Below are positions 18,008-28,405 of a stretch of DNA of 64,000 nt, one piece after another. Within the stretch, counting starts at the first letter, position 1. The number at the start of each line of letters is the position of its first letter. The translations under genes and the position numbers were made by a program. The notes under the pieces are model-generated. The model worked only from the letters and a program-made list of their open reading frames with translations. It was not told the origin of the DNA and ran no database searches. Source of the DNA: a virus; IMG/VR virus record IMGVR_UViG_3300020442_000015, positions 1-64,000 of that record; one strand, 5' to 3'.

Positions 18008-20385
18008 TGGCAGCACTAAAAGTAAGATCATTTTTACCAACTACGGTACAGGGTAGTCCACGTGTGGACCCTATATCAGGTCTTACTACGTCTGTTAATC
18101 GCCTGGGGACTGTTGTAGAAGATCTTGGAAAAATCCTGACTGGTATGCACCAGGACAAGATGGATCTTCTCAATCGACAGCAGAGAACTGCGAACTTTGG
18201 GCGAGATAGATCTAGAGAAACCGCACTTGAGAAGGATGTGGTAAAGGGCGTAAAAGAAGATAAGTCATTAAACAAGACACAGAAGAAGAGTAAGGGGTGG
18301 TTAGATTCTTTAATCGAACCATTCATTTGGATTGCGGAGAAGGCAATCACATTCTTTGTACTGGATTGGTTATCTAATCCAGAGAATGAGAAGTTTCTTA
18401 GAGTAACTGTACCTATTATTGGTGGGTGGTTGAAAACTGCCTGGAATATTGGCACAGCGTCAGTCAATATGATTCTGGAGGCATTCTCGGAAGATAGTCT
18501 TCTGATGGGTGCTTTGAAACTGGTCGGTGGTATCGGTGGACTTTGGTTGATGGGACGCATCTTGCGTCCGTGGAAGATTGCAAGTGATATTGGTAAGTTG
18601 ATGAGACTTATCAGTGGTAATAAGAAAGCACGGCAACCAAAACCACAGTCACCAGGACAGATAAGAGCACAATCAGCCCAAGCTCGTAATGCTAACGCTA
18701 GTATTGCTGCGAAGGAGAGATATAGAAAGAGGTTTGGTGAAAAGGCATACCAAAAGAGGTTTGGTCCCAGTAGACTAGCCCGAGTTAAACAAGGTTTAGG
18801 AAGTAATATTAGAAGGGGACTGACAAATTCTAAGGTGATGGGTGGCGCTGCTGGTCTCGTCTCCTTTGGAACTAGACTGGCACAGGGAGACAGCATTCAG
18901 AAGGCAGCAGGTGGTGGTATTGGTGCAACCATCGGTTCGATGGCACTTACAGCACTGATTACACCTATCCTGGGTCCATTTGCACCACTGGTTGGTAGTG
19001 TTCTTGGTGGATTCCTTGGTGATAAGGTTGGTGCATTCATTGGTGAAGCAATCACACCAATTCTCAAACCATTGAAGACGCTGTTTATGGAGGTTCTGCT
19101 TCCAATAATCACGTCATACTTTGAACCTCTTCTCCCGCCCGTTCAGGAGTTGTTCAACGAACTTGGTCCTATTCTGCAGATGATTGCAGACTTCTGTAAA
19201 CCTCTGATTGATGGTGCAGTTAAAGAGATTGCACAGTTCTTGAGTGGAAATATTGCTAAGGCAGTCAACGGATTGATGTGGTTGATCAAGTTTGGTGCCA
19301 ATGCTGTCTCTGGAATTGTTGAAGGTACTGGTGCCGTTCTGAGGAAGGTTGACTTCTTAGGTCTGTTCAAAGATGATGTATTAAAAGCGGAAGAGAGACT
19401 GCAAAGCGCAGTAAATGCTGTAGATAGAGCTGATAGAAAGGTTAAACTTTGGGAAGGTATTGTTGCAGAAAAGGGTTCTGGTCATAAAGATCATATATTT
19501 GATAAGACAACTGCTGCCCAAGATCTTCAAAACGCTAGAGATGAATATGAGGCTGCTGTAGTTCTTGTTGAGTCAAGAAAAAAAGAACTAGCGCAAGCAA
19601 AGTCTGAGCAAGAAGCGAAAGCCACTCAGGCAATGATGGAGGAGCAGGCAAGAAGAGATGCTTTGTCTACAGATGATTCTGGTGGCGGTGATGGTAGAAC
19701 GCCTATCAGTGCTTCTGGTGTCACTGCTGCTGCGAAGAAAGTTATTGGTAAGTACCAAGGCGTCAGCAATATGTGCGCGATGTCTGTTCGTGCATACTTG
19801 AAGGCAGTAGGTCATCCAAAGTGGGATACGATTGCTACCAAGACAGGTAACCTTGATCCTGACGGCACAGCATACATTGGACCAACATTTGCAGCATCAT
19901 TTGCTGGTACTGACCTCGGTCAGCATATTATGGATAAGTCTAAACTGAAACCTGGAGACATTCTTCTCTATAGAGACACCATATCTGGTTTCACTCCTGG
20001 TGCTGTCACACACGTCGGTGTGATGGGAGAGAATGGTATGCAGTATGACCACAACTCAAGAAAAGGTTTCCATCAAAGATCCCTTGCAAGTGTGTTGACC
20101 TGGGCTAAATGGGGTGGTGGTATCAGACTGAAGGGTATGCCATCACAGGATCCTCCTGCAGCACAGGAAGTTACTAAGGTAGATCCTAGTAGTGATCTAA
20201 ATAATAGGAAGACCGAATTGATTAGTAGATCCGAATCGGAATCCACTACACAACTACAAAATGAAAGTGGCGGAGATCCTAAAGTGATCTTGCAACCGAT
20301 AATCAAACCCGCAGTTGTCACCGCTTCTAGCGGAGGCGGAGGAACAACTCTTGTTCCTGGGTCAGTCTCTACCTCAGTTAGCTAA
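18007..20385 (+). CDS. Tape-measure-like protein with C-terminal CHAP/NlpC-type amidase domain
   Basis: Helical Ala/Gly-rich repeats; NMCAMSV...LKPGDILLY...HVGVM Cys/His dyad. Confidence 0.7.
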   Translation: MAALKVRSFLPTTVQGSPRVDPISGLTTSVNRLGTVVEDLGKILTGMHQDKMDLLNRQQRTANFGRDRSRETALEKDVVKGVKEDKSLNKTQKKSKGWLDSLIEPFIWIAEKAITFFVLDWLSNPENEKFLRVTVPIIGGWLKTAWNIGTASVNMILEAFSEDSLLMGALKLVGGIGGLWLMGRILRPWKIASDIGKLMRLISGNKKARQPKPQSPGQIRAQSAQARNANASIAAKERYRKRFGEKAYQKRFGPSRLARVKQGLGSNIRRGLTNSKVMGGAAGLVSFGTRLAQGDSIQKAAGGGIGATIGSMALTALITPILGPFAPLVGSVLGGFLGDKVGAFIGEAITPILKPLKTLFMEVLLPIITSYFEPLLPPVQELFNELGPILQMIADFCKPLIDGAVKEIAQFLSGNIAKAVNGLMWLIKFGANAVSGIVEGTGAVLRKVDFLGLFKDDVLKAEERLQSAVNAVDRADRKVKLWEGIVAEKGSGHKDHIFDKTTAAQDLQNARDEYEAAVVLVESRKKELAQAKSEQEAKATQAMMEEQARRDALSTDDSGGGDGRTPISASGVTAAAKKVIGKYQGVSNMCAMSVRAYLKAVGHPKWDTIATKTGNLDPDGTAYIGPTFAASFAGTDLGQHIMDKSKLKPGDILLYRDTISGFTPGAVTHVGVMGENGMQYDHNSRKGFHQRSLASVLTWAKWGGGIRLKGMPSQDPPAAQEVTKVDPSSDLNNRKTELISRSESESTTQLQNESGGDPKVILQPIIKPAVVTASSGGGGTTLVPGSVSTSVS

Positions 20386-22415
20386 TGGCAGAAGCGAAAT
20401 CAAAAATTAGATTTTACAAGTATGTAACCCCACCCAAGGATGGGGGTGCAACGATTAGCGTAGGAAATAAGACCATTGCTGGGTCAAATTTCACGGCAAC
20501 TATAAATGCAGTTAATTCCCTGGGTGCAACTGTAAACAGTATTGCTGTAGCATTGCAAGGTCAACGTTCAGCTCAGCAGATAGCTCAGGCACAAGCAGAC
20601 AGGAGAGCACAGTTACAAAGGGATAGAAATAGAGAGGGTAAATTAGAATCTACAGGCACAAAAGCAAAAGAAATTGTTGGTGGTGTTGTAAAGGGTGGTG
20701 CAAGTTTTCTAGAGAATCTACTTAAGTTCCTCAAAGATTTCTTGATCTTTACAGCACTGGATTGGTTAGCTGATCCTAAGAATCGAGAGAGGATAGAAAA
20801 AACACTTGATCGTATAGGTAAGTTCTTCAACTGGATGAGGGATACCTTCAACTGGGTATCGAACTGGATTAGTGAAAACTGGGAAAAAACATTTGGTGAG
20901 GACAAAACCTTCCAAGAACGATTAGAAGGTGCCAGCAGTCTATTACTTGGTGCTGGTGCAGCCTTATTAGGTCTTGCGTTCCTGAAGAATCCCATTGGGA
21001 CGATTGCCAACTTCACAAAGATCATTACCACAGTTGGTAAAGGTATTCTGAACATTGGTAAAGCACTTGGTGGGACTGCGTTAGGTCAAGTTGCTATGGG
21101 TGCTACCCAAGGATACTTTGCCTATCAGGACGTGATGGAGAACTACGATGGTCCTGAAGAGGATCGCGTAGCAGCGGCACGTGGGGCAGCGGGTGGTGCT
21201 ACTGTTGGTGCTGTTGGACTAGGAATGCTCGGCAACAAGATTGCTGGTCCTCTTGGTGGTATCATTGGTAATGCTCTGGGCGGTTTCCTAGGTAAGGAGG
21301 CAGGTAAGTTCCTGGGACCAATCGTTGGTGACTTCTTCAATACAATGCAGGAAGTCTTCGGGGGCATTATGAGCTTCCTGGAAGAGACGTTCAAACCAGT
21401 TGGTGAAGCACTGGAGCAACTGTTTGTTGAGATGGGTCCTGCTATTGATAAACTGACTCAGTTCATCAAACCACACTTACCGAAATTAAAAGAACTCGCA
21501 CAATTTATTGGTAAGATTGCATTTACACCACTCATCTTACTGATGAAGGGTATCACCAATCTCTTGAAGTTGGTGAATGGTGGTAAAGCAGAGGATCCAA
21601 CTAAGAGTGGAGAAGAAACAGAAGAAAAATCTGCTGGTGGACTGTTTAGAATGCCACCTCTGCTGTCTAAGGGTGGATGGATCACGGGACCACAATCTGG
21701 TTACCCAGTGTCTATGGATGGTGGTAAGTCCGTTTCCTTTATCGGTCACGGAACAGAATATGTTGCACAAAGATCCTCAGGCGGTTTCGTCATACCTTTT
21801 GATACCCCCCATACTAGAAGAGATCCTGGTCTGACGAGTCGTCGGATGACACAGGCAAGATCATATGGTTACAAAACACCAGAGTTTTCTATTGGTGGGC
21901 AGTTTAATTATGCAAACGCATTTGCACCGACATTCAACAAAACGGTCAATATGCCATCCCCTACATATAGCAAATTGCCCCAACGTAGTATTGGTGGTTT
22001 TGTGAAGGGTATTGCATCTGCCGCTGGATCTATGTTTGGTGGACCCGCAGTTGGTGCTGCAATGGGTATGCTCGGTAACGTTGCTGGAGCAGCACAGAAC
22101 ATCACCAAAGCAGCAATGCCTGTTATCAGTTCTGTCATCCCTGGTGGTAATATTACTGGTAAGTTCCTGTCAGATGCTTTGTCAAAGGTTAAAACTGCTG
22201 CTGCCGAAGTTAAAGCAGGAAATATGGAAGAAGCAGTCAAAACAATCGTTGCCGAAGCGATTGTGCTGCCAACTGCTACTTCACAGACTGGTTCAGCAGG
22301 TGGAGAAGGCACACCTGTTCCTATTCCCTCGGCAGAAAACCCTGCTACAGATTTCTTGAAGAGCAGATTTGGTTCATTTGCCGAACTTGCCAACCCATTG
22401 AGTAACTTCTTCTAA
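20385..22415 (+). CDS. Tape-measure-like protein, paralog 2
   Basis: Shares VN.LG.TV, LDWL..P.N and GP.G..G..LGGFLG motifs with the upstream gene; GG.ITGP.SGYPV...HGTE. Confidence 0.65.
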   Translation: MAEAKSKIRFYKYVTPPKDGGATISVGNKTIAGSNFTATINAVNSLGATVNSIAVALQGQRSAQQIAQAQADRRAQLQRDRNREGKLESTGTKAKEIVGGVVKGGASFLENLLKFLKDFLIFTALDWLADPKNRERIEKTLDRIGKFFNWMRDTFNWVSNWISENWEKTFGEDKTFQERLEGASSLLLGAGAALLGLAFLKNPIGTIANFTKIITTVGKGILNIGKALGGTALGQVAMGATQGYFAYQDVMENYDGPEEDRVAAARGAAGGATVGAVGLGMLGNKIAGPLGGIIGNALGGFLGKEAGKFLGPIVGDFFNTMQEVFGGIMSFLEETFKPVGEALEQLFVEMGPAIDKLTQFIKPHLPKLKELAQFIGKIAFTPLILLMKGITNLLKLVNGGKAEDPTKSGEETEEKSAGGLFRMPPLLSKGGWITGPQSGYPVSMDGGKSVSFIGHGTEYVAQRSSGGFVIPFDTPHTRRDPGLTSRRMTQARSYGYKTPEFSIGGQFNYANAFAPTFNKTVNMPSPTYSKLPQRSIGGFVKGIASAAGSMFGGPAVGAAMGMLGNVAGAAQNITKAAMPVISSVIPGGNITGKFLSDALSKVKTAAAEVKAGNMEEAVKTIVAEAIVLPTATSQTGSAGGEGTPVPIPSAENPATDFLKSRFGSFAELANPLSNFF

Positions 22416-23767
22416 TGTCGTCTAATCAACCGAAAGGATATACAATCAAGGATTTTACTTTGGAGTTAGATCCTGCAACTTCCCCTGGAAAGTTTCAGGA
22501 CGCAAGAAAGAGGGAAAGTGGCAATAATTCAAATCTTGACATCCAGAGAATTTGCTCTGGTTTTAACTATATCGAAAGTATTGACGCTGCATCTGTTAGA
22601 TGTGAATTTATTATCAATGACTCAATCGACTTAATTGACTCACTCACTGGTAATGAGAAGATTACTGTTGAACTTGAGACTGATTCTGCACCTGGTACAA
22701 CACTGAAGATTGAGCAGCAGATCTTTAAGATTGGCAATATCATCAAACAGGAGAAATCGCAGGTTTATGTGATTTACACTGTGTCTCCTTTTATCATTGC
22801 AGGTGAGACTAAAAAAGTTTTTAAGGCATTCCAAGGTAAACCTGCCTCGGATATTGTCAAAGATATGTGTAATGACTATTTGGGTGCAAAAGGTGCTAAA
22901 ATTGAGGGAACGCAGGGAAACTTCAATTTTATTGCACCCCACTGGCGAGCACTTGATGTTATCAACTATATAACTGACAAGTGCGTAAGTGCTCAGACTA
23001 AAACATCAGGATTCCGATTCTTTGAGGATAAGGATTCTGTGCGTTTTGCCACTATCGACTCATTGTGCAAAGTAGACGGAAAACCCGTGAAATACACATT
23101 TGAGCAGGCAAACGTCGGTGAATCGGACAAGAATGCTTTTAAGATCGAAAGCGTGAAGTTCCCTGACAGGGCAAACCATCTGGAAAAGATGAGAACTGGC
23201 GCATACAGTAATACTGTTATTGGCGTTAAAGTTCCCGCTTTGAGTGGTGGAATGTTGCCAAGTGCGGACAAAACAACAGGGTCGATCCATAAACCAATAA
23301 ATATGGGATTAACCACTGTGTTTGGTCTTGCCAAATCACGAGGTTGTATTCTTAATGATACCTTCCCTTTCCCGAAGGTGAATAAAGAATATTTCTCAGA
23401 CAAAAATCCAACAAGAGTTAAGATTAGAGCACTGCCTGGAATGAAAGATTCCAAGACTATGCAAAACTCCGATGCCGCTGCGGCAAATATGGATTTTGAC
23501 ACAGTTCGCTCCAGTGCATATTCTTTTTCTCGTTGGCAACTCCTCAACGCGATCACCCTTGACATACAAGTGCCTGGTAATGTAAACTTAACCGTCGGTC
23601 AAGTGATTGATGTGGAAATCCCCAAATCATCACAATCAAGTTCAAGGGCAGAGGTTGACGAAATCTACTCTGGTAACTATCTTATTAAGGGACTCAGACA
23701 TAATTATGCCCCAGATGGCATTACAACATATCTGAATCTCGCTAAAGATAGTATTGCTATGCAGTAA
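22415..23767 (+). CDS. Baseplate hub protein (gp27 / gpD-like)
   Basis: YIESI, FIAPHW, F.FFE, VPGN..L.VG, YSG.YLI..LRH. Confidence 0.75.
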   Translation: MSSNQPKGYTIKDFTLELDPATSPGKFQDARKRESGNNSNLDIQRICSGFNYIESIDAASVRCEFIINDSIDLIDSLTGNEKITVELETDSAPGTTLKIEQQIFKIGNIIKQEKSQVYVIYTVSPFIIAGETKKVFKAFQGKPASDIVKDMCNDYLGAKGAKIEGTQGNFNFIAPHWRALDVINYITDKCVSAQTKTSGFRFFEDKDSVRFATIDSLCKVDGKPVKYTFEQANVGESDKNAFKIESVKFPDRANHLEKMRTGAYSNTVIGVKVPALSGGMLPSADKTTGSIHKPINMGLTTVFGLAKSRGCILNDTFPFPKVNKEYFSDKNPTRVKIRALPGMKDSKTMQNSDAAAANMDFDTVRSSAYSFSRWQLLNAITLDIQVPGNVNLTVGQVIDVEIPKSSQSSSRAEVDEIYSGNYLIKGLRHNYAPDGITTYLNLAKDSIAMQ

Positions 23768-23787
23768 CACACGTACCCTGAGGTAAA

Positions 23788-24015
23788 ATGGAAAACATCG
23801 AAGCACACATCGAACAGGACAAAAAGATCCTCGAAGATCCTACAGTTTCTCCACAAATGCGTCGTCACATTGAGGGCGAATTGCACGACTTGGAAGATTA
23901 CGTGGAACACCACAAAGAAGAGATTGCAGCAGGTGACCACCACGATCCAACTGCCCTAGAACTGTACTGTGACCAAGAACCTGGTGCTCCCGAGTGTAAG
24001 GTCCACGACAACTAA
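23788..24015 (+). CDS. cp12: CP12 Calvin-cycle regulator
   Basis: DPTALELYCDQEPGAPECKVHD C-terminal CP12 motif. Confidence 0.92.
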   Translation: MENIEAHIEQDKKILEDPTVSPQMRRHIEGELHDLEDYVEHHKEEIAAGDHHDPTALELYCDQEPGAPECKVHDN

Positions 24016-24030
24016 TTTATTTCGATAATT

Positions 24031-24594
24031 ATGACAGCAGTACAATCGTTTATTGCTGGTGGCACAATGAAGGAAGAGGTCATCGATGGGGTGATCGACT
24101 TTTGGAAAGAATGTGACTACCTAGAAAAAGTCCCTGGTGAGTACAGCGGTGGAGTTGATCCATTGATCAAAAACTCCACCGATATGGCAGTTCCTTCTTG
24201 GTTGAAAGACCCTAGAATTGTAACGTACCTAGACGAAGTTCAAGCGTGTATTCAACTGTATGTTGAACAATATCCTTGGGCTAAAATGGCAGATCTTGAG
24301 GTCATTGAACCATTCAATATCCAACATTACGAACCAGGGCAAGCATTTTCCCAACCTCATTGTGAGAGAGTTGGTTCTGACAAGACAACATCGTTCCGTC
24401 ATCTAACTTGGATGACATATTTGAATGACGTGGAGGAAGGCGGTGAAACGCAATGGGTCCATCAGGATCTGGCAATTCAACCCAAGAAAGGTCTAACGCT
24501 GATTTGGCCAGTAGACTGGACACATCTCCACCACGGAGTACCTGCGCCTAAAGAAGAAAAACTTATTGTTACTGGATGGATTTCCTATGCGTGA
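24031..24594 (+). CDS. 2OG-Fe(II) oxygenase (prolyl-4-hydroxylase-like)
   Basis: HCE, MTYLNDV..GGET, WTHLHHG, K.IVTGW. Confidence 0.88.
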   Translation: MTAVQSFIAGGTMKEEVIDGVIDFWKECDYLEKVPGEYSGGVDPLIKNSTDMAVPSWLKDPRIVTYLDEVQACIQLYVEQYPWAKMADLEVIEPFNIQHYEPGQAFSQPHCERVGSDKTTSFRHLTWMTYLNDVEEGGETQWVHQDLAIQPKKGLTLIWPVDWTHLHHGVPAPKEEKLIVTGWISYA

Positions 24595-25267
24595 TGTAAT
24601 GATTGCTGGTGCCCTCTTGGGTGCACTGCACGGATCGATGGTGCCTGTTATGGCAGGCGAAGACAAGATTACAAAGGGTTATCACACTATGGACGCTATG
24701 GGGTGTATGTTGCTCCAAGAGTGTACTAATGGTGTGCAGCAGATCAAATCTTCAAAAGATCTTCGTAAAGCATTCCCTGATTCTGATTGGAGTCCTGTTG
24801 CTGACGAGTTCGATAAGATTATGGACTCTTTCACTCAGATTGGAACAAACGTCTATCTGGCAGACCCCAAATATTTTCCCCCTGGACATCGCGGTGTTTA
24901 TCATACTGTTAGCAATCATTTTTATCTCAACAAGGATCACGTCCATCGTCCACACATCCTGATGAGTGTTACTCGTCACGAAGGTTGGCACGCTGCTCAA
25001 GACTGTATGGCAGGTACGATCAAGAATAATATGATCGCTATCATTATGCCTGAAGAGTCTGTGCCTATGATCTGGCGTACTATGGCAGAGCGTACCTATC
25101 CAAAACACGCTGTGCCTTGGGAAGCAGAAGCAGGATGGGCAGGACGCACTGAAGGTATGACACAGAAAGCACTCGACTCCTGTGCTCGTGGCACTATGTG
25201 GAGTGATTACGATCCAACACCTATGACACGTGAGTGGTTAGAAGAGAACGGGTTCTTGTCTAAATAA
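24587..25267 (+). CDS. Putative secreted zinc metallopeptidase-like protein
   Basis: N-terminal hydrophobic signal; RHEGWHAAQ (HExxH) and downstream WEAEA. Confidence 0.65.
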   Translation: MRDVMIAGALLGALHGSMVPVMAGEDKITKGYHTMDAMGCMLLQECTNGVQQIKSSKDLRKAFPDSDWSPVADEFDKIMDSFTQIGTNVYLADPKYFPPGHRGVYHTVSNHFYLNKDHVHRPHILMSVTRHEGWHAAQDCMAGTIKNNMIAIIMPEESVPMIWRTMAERTYPKHAVPWEAEAGWAGRTEGMTQKALDSCARGTMWSDYDPTPMTREWLEENGFLSK

Positions 25268-25290
25268 CTTCACGGACATAATATATTAAC

Positions 25291-27735
25291 GTGCCACAAC
25301 TGAGTTCTCTTGGAAAATCTGACGTAATGGGTCGTGACGGGTTCACCTGGTGGGTGGGCGAAGTCGAATCCATTAAAGACCCACAGTTGCTGGGTCGCGT
25401 TAAAGTGCGTATTGTCGGTTGGTACACTGGTGCTGGCGAGACATCGTATCTTGATGAAGTTCCAACAGAATCTCTTCCCTGGGCAGCAGTTATGCTCCCC
25501 ACTGACCAACCTGGTATCAAGAACACTGGTACAAAGGGTGAACTACAGGTCGGTGCGGTTGTCTTAGGTTTCTTCCTCGATGGCGAGGAAGCACAGGTTC
25601 CGATTGTTCTCGGTTCTATTCGCGGTTTTAAGAACAAGGCGAGTAGTAAAGATCCAAGCGGAGAGCCGTCTACTGATGAGGGTGCTGAGGCAACAGTCTT
25701 GGCATCTTCTGACGAAGCACTTGAGGATCTACCCCCTCAAGCAAAGACCATCACTGGTGAGGATGCACACGGCGGTCACCCATTCAATGTTGCTGGTAGT
25801 CAGACTCCTGGTGATGAAAATGGTGGTGAAGAAAAGAGTCGTGGTGTAATTTCTCAACTTGAGGAAAATGCTCCTGGTCACTACGCAACTAACCCTATCA
25901 AAGTTCCCGCTGAGGCACAGGGTATTGCTGATGGTTTGAGTGGTCCTAATGGTGAAGGTTTTGAGAGAGACCTCAATAGAATGTTGACTGAGTTTGGTCA
26001 ACTTGGCGGATCCCTCGCCCAAGGTAAAGATGGTAACCTTGTATCTCTCATCACTGGTAAGAAGGTGAGAAACAATATCATCTCTGAGACGTTAGCAGGC
26101 ATTAAGAATGCTGTTAGCGGTGCCATTAGTGGCATTATGTCGTCGCTCAAGAGTATCCTTGCACAAGGCATTGAACAACTGCTGAATACTCTTCTCTCTG
26201 CACTGAGCAACATCATTCCACTGGGCATCCTGAACACACTGATGGCACTCGCTGAGTTCATCTTCAGTCTGTTCTGTAATTTTGAAGCAAGTTATATCTT
26301 GGGTGCTATTAGGGGTGCACTAGGAAATATATCAGGATTTGCCTCGGATATTGCGGGTAAGGTCGTTGACAAAGTTGTCGGTGGTCTTGCTTCTAAAGTT
26401 CAAGGCACTGTGAACAAAGTGATTGGTAACATTCAATCACAGATGGCAAAAGTTGCATCAATCGGTCAGAAGATTGTTCAGGCAGTTGCAGTTGCTAAGA
26501 AAGGACTGGACGCAGCAAAGAAACTTGGTGGTTCTCTTCAGTCACTCTTTAGTTTTGACTTCTCTAAGATCAACTGGTCTTCTTTGATCACAATTCTTCT
26601 CAACATCCTTAAGGCACTCTTCGGTAATAAGGATTGCGGACGATCGTTAGCACCACCTAAACAAAAATTCTGGTTACCACTGCTAGGAACATCGACGTGT
26701 ACGTCAGTTCCTGAGTATCTCCAGCAAGAAATCACTATTGATACTTCGACTGGAAATCCAAAATCCAAGGGTGACTACTTCTCTGACCTGTTTACTAACA
26801 TTGACACCTACGCTACGCAGGTGACAACGTTCTTGAATGGTGCAAAAACAATTCAGGATGCTACCCCAGGCAAAGAGAAAACTATTGTTCAACATAGTGG
26901 TGGTCAAACCACGATTGCTACGGCAATGGGTGACCAACACACAAACATTCCTGGTAATGATACCAAGATTGTTGGTAATGATGATTGTAAGACAGTCAAA
27001 GCAAACAAAGCATTGACTATTGAAGGTGACTTCACCCTGAAGGTTATGGGTGATTTTAACCTGGAAGTTCAAGGTACCCAAAACATCAACGTCTCTCAGG
27101 GTGTTGAAACTGATGAAGGCGGTGAACCTGCTGGTGACGCAAAGCAGAAGAAGGGTGCACAAACATTTGCATCAGACTACGACGTTATCTACGAGGGTGA
27201 CTGGAAAGTACAAGCACCTAACGTCACATTGTCTGCGCTGAACGACTTAGACCTGAACGGTTCTGCGGTTACAGTCAAAGCATCTTCCTTGATGAACTCT
27301 ATCTCTGGTGAGATCATCAACGAGTGTGCTTGGAAAACTGAGTTCATCAACAACGTGCACTTCTCCCTGATCGGGATGATGAACCCAATTCCTGCTCTGA
27401 CTGGTCGTCTGACACTGATCAAGGGTCCTGATATTACTATCTGTGGTACTGGTCTTGGAACTTCTCCTCTCCCTGCTGCTCATATTCGTATTACTGAGTG
27501 TGCTACCATTCCTGGTGGTATCGTTGATATGGTTAACGGTTCTGCTGGAGGACACGTGACGATGGTCAATACTGCTGCTGGTGGTATTGGTGAGTTTGTG
27601 AACGGTGGTGCAGGTGCTATCGTGAACAACGTCACAACAGGTGTCGCTTCTTACAACGTCGGTTCTGGTATTATGACAGTTGGTTGCTTGGGTGGTCCTA
27701 CCCAGGTCTATGGATTGCCACTTCTGCTGAATTGA
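25291..27735 (+). CDS. gp5: Baseplate hub/needle protein gp5 (OB fold, no lysozyme domain)
   Basis: WWVGEVE..DP..LGRVKVR, LPWA, V.GFFLDG; C-terminal beta-helix repeats. Confidence 0.88.
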   Translation: MPQLSSLGKSDVMGRDGFTWWVGEVESIKDPQLLGRVKVRIVGWYTGAGETSYLDEVPTESLPWAAVMLPTDQPGIKNTGTKGELQVGAVVLGFFLDGEEAQVPIVLGSIRGFKNKASSKDPSGEPSTDEGAEATVLASSDEALEDLPPQAKTITGEDAHGGHPFNVAGSQTPGDENGGEEKSRGVISQLEENAPGHYATNPIKVPAEAQGIADGLSGPNGEGFERDLNRMLTEFGQLGGSLAQGKDGNLVSLITGKKVRNNIISETLAGIKNAVSGAISGIMSSLKSILAQGIEQLLNTLLSALSNIIPLGILNTLMALAEFIFSLFCNFEASYILGAIRGALGNISGFASDIAGKVVDKVVGGLASKVQGTVNKVIGNIQSQMAKVASIGQKIVQAVAVAKKGLDAAKKLGGSLQSLFSFDFSKINWSSLITILLNILKALFGNKDCGRSLAPPKQKFWLPLLGTSTCTSVPEYLQQEITIDTSTGNPKSKGDYFSDLFTNIDTYATQVTTFLNGAKTIQDATPGKEKTIVQHSGGQTTIATAMGDQHTNIPGNDTKIVGNDDCKTVKANKALTIEGDFTLKVMGDFNLEVQGTQNINVSQGVETDEGGEPAGDAKQKKGAQTFASDYDVIYEGDWKVQAPNVTLSALNDLDLNGSAVTVKASSLMNSISGEIINECAWKTEFINNVHFSLIGMMNPIPALTGRLTLIKGPDITICGTGLGTSPLPAAHIRITECATIPGGIVDMVNGSAGGHVTMVNTAAGGIGEFVNGGAGAIVNNVTTGVASYNVGSGIMTVGCLGGPTQVYGLPLLLN

Positions 27736-27744
27736 TGCTATAAT
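27715..27744 (+). promoter_or_regulatory. sigma70-like promoter with extended -10
   Basis: TTGCCA-N18-(TGC)TATAAT. Confidence 0.6.
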
Positions 27745-27766
27745 AATCTCAGTTCAACCTGAGGTT

Positions 27767-27919
27767 ATGCAAGGTCGGAAGTACGAGGTGCTGATGCGCC
27801 GTCCATCTGGACCACACAAACGTGTCATCGTTGAGGATTGCTACACAATCCAAGAAGCGAGGCAACGTGCTGCATCTATGTACGGTCTCGAAGTCATCGA
27901 TGCATACCCCAAATCCTGA
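27767..27919 (+). CDS. Small hypothetical protein (50 aa, not in track)
   Basis: GAGG immediately before ATG; MQGRKYEVLMRR...; downstream of a promoter. Confidence 0.55.
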   Translation: MQGRKYEVLMRRPSGPHKRVIVEDCYTIQEARQRAASMYGLEVIDAYPKS

Positions 27920-27926
27920 ATACATA

Positions 27927-28115
27927 ATGGAAGAAACATTTGTTGATTATGTTTGGATCGATTTTCCAAAACGCTCCCTGTCCATACAAGATAATGAGGG
28001 ACGCCTTGAAAAAGTTAAGTTCGATTGGACGGAGGAAGGAGCAGAAGGATTCACCGAATTCGTAGAAGTGCTCCACCAACACACAACACCTGAGATGAGA
28101 CATTATCAGTTATGA
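27927..28115 (+). CDS. Hypothetical protein
   Basis: ATG 27927; coupled to the next gene. Confidence 0.55.
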   Translation: MEETFVDYVWIDFPKRSLSIQDNEGRLEKVKFDWTEEGAEGFTEFVEVLHQHTTPEMRHYQL

Positions 28116-28405
28116 TTAGAGTAACAGTTGAGGAAGCACAGGAGAATTTTGACTTCCTTATGACATTAGTTGAGCGTGGCGAAACCATCTTGATTGAAGG
28201 CGAGAAGGGTAACGTTGTGATGGCACCAGTTGCCGCAACAAACAACACGATCAACGATCAAATTGAAGAGGCACTCCTAGAGCGTGAGAAGCAGGCACAG
28301 TACGGTGGTCCTGCTCCCATCCCTGGAACCAATCTGCCCTCTGCCGCAGAACTTGCCTCATTCGTTGCACAAGAAACTGCCACTGCACACAAGGACTTGA
28401 AATGA
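28112..28405 (+). CDS. Phd/YefM antitoxin-like protein
   Basis: VTVEEAQENFDFLMTLVERGETILI...VVMAP matches the Phd DNA-binding fold pattern. Confidence 0.6.
   Translation: MIRVTVEEAQENFDFLMTLVERGETILIEGEKGNVVMAPVAATNNTINDQIEEALLEREKQAQYGGPAPIPGTNLPSAAELASFVAQETATAHKDLK

Noticed and set aside
17967-18896. 309-aa minus-strand ORF (also 32730-33572, 33699-34559, 12142-12741, 8013-8582)
   Set aside because: Antisense to well-supported genes; explained by codon bias
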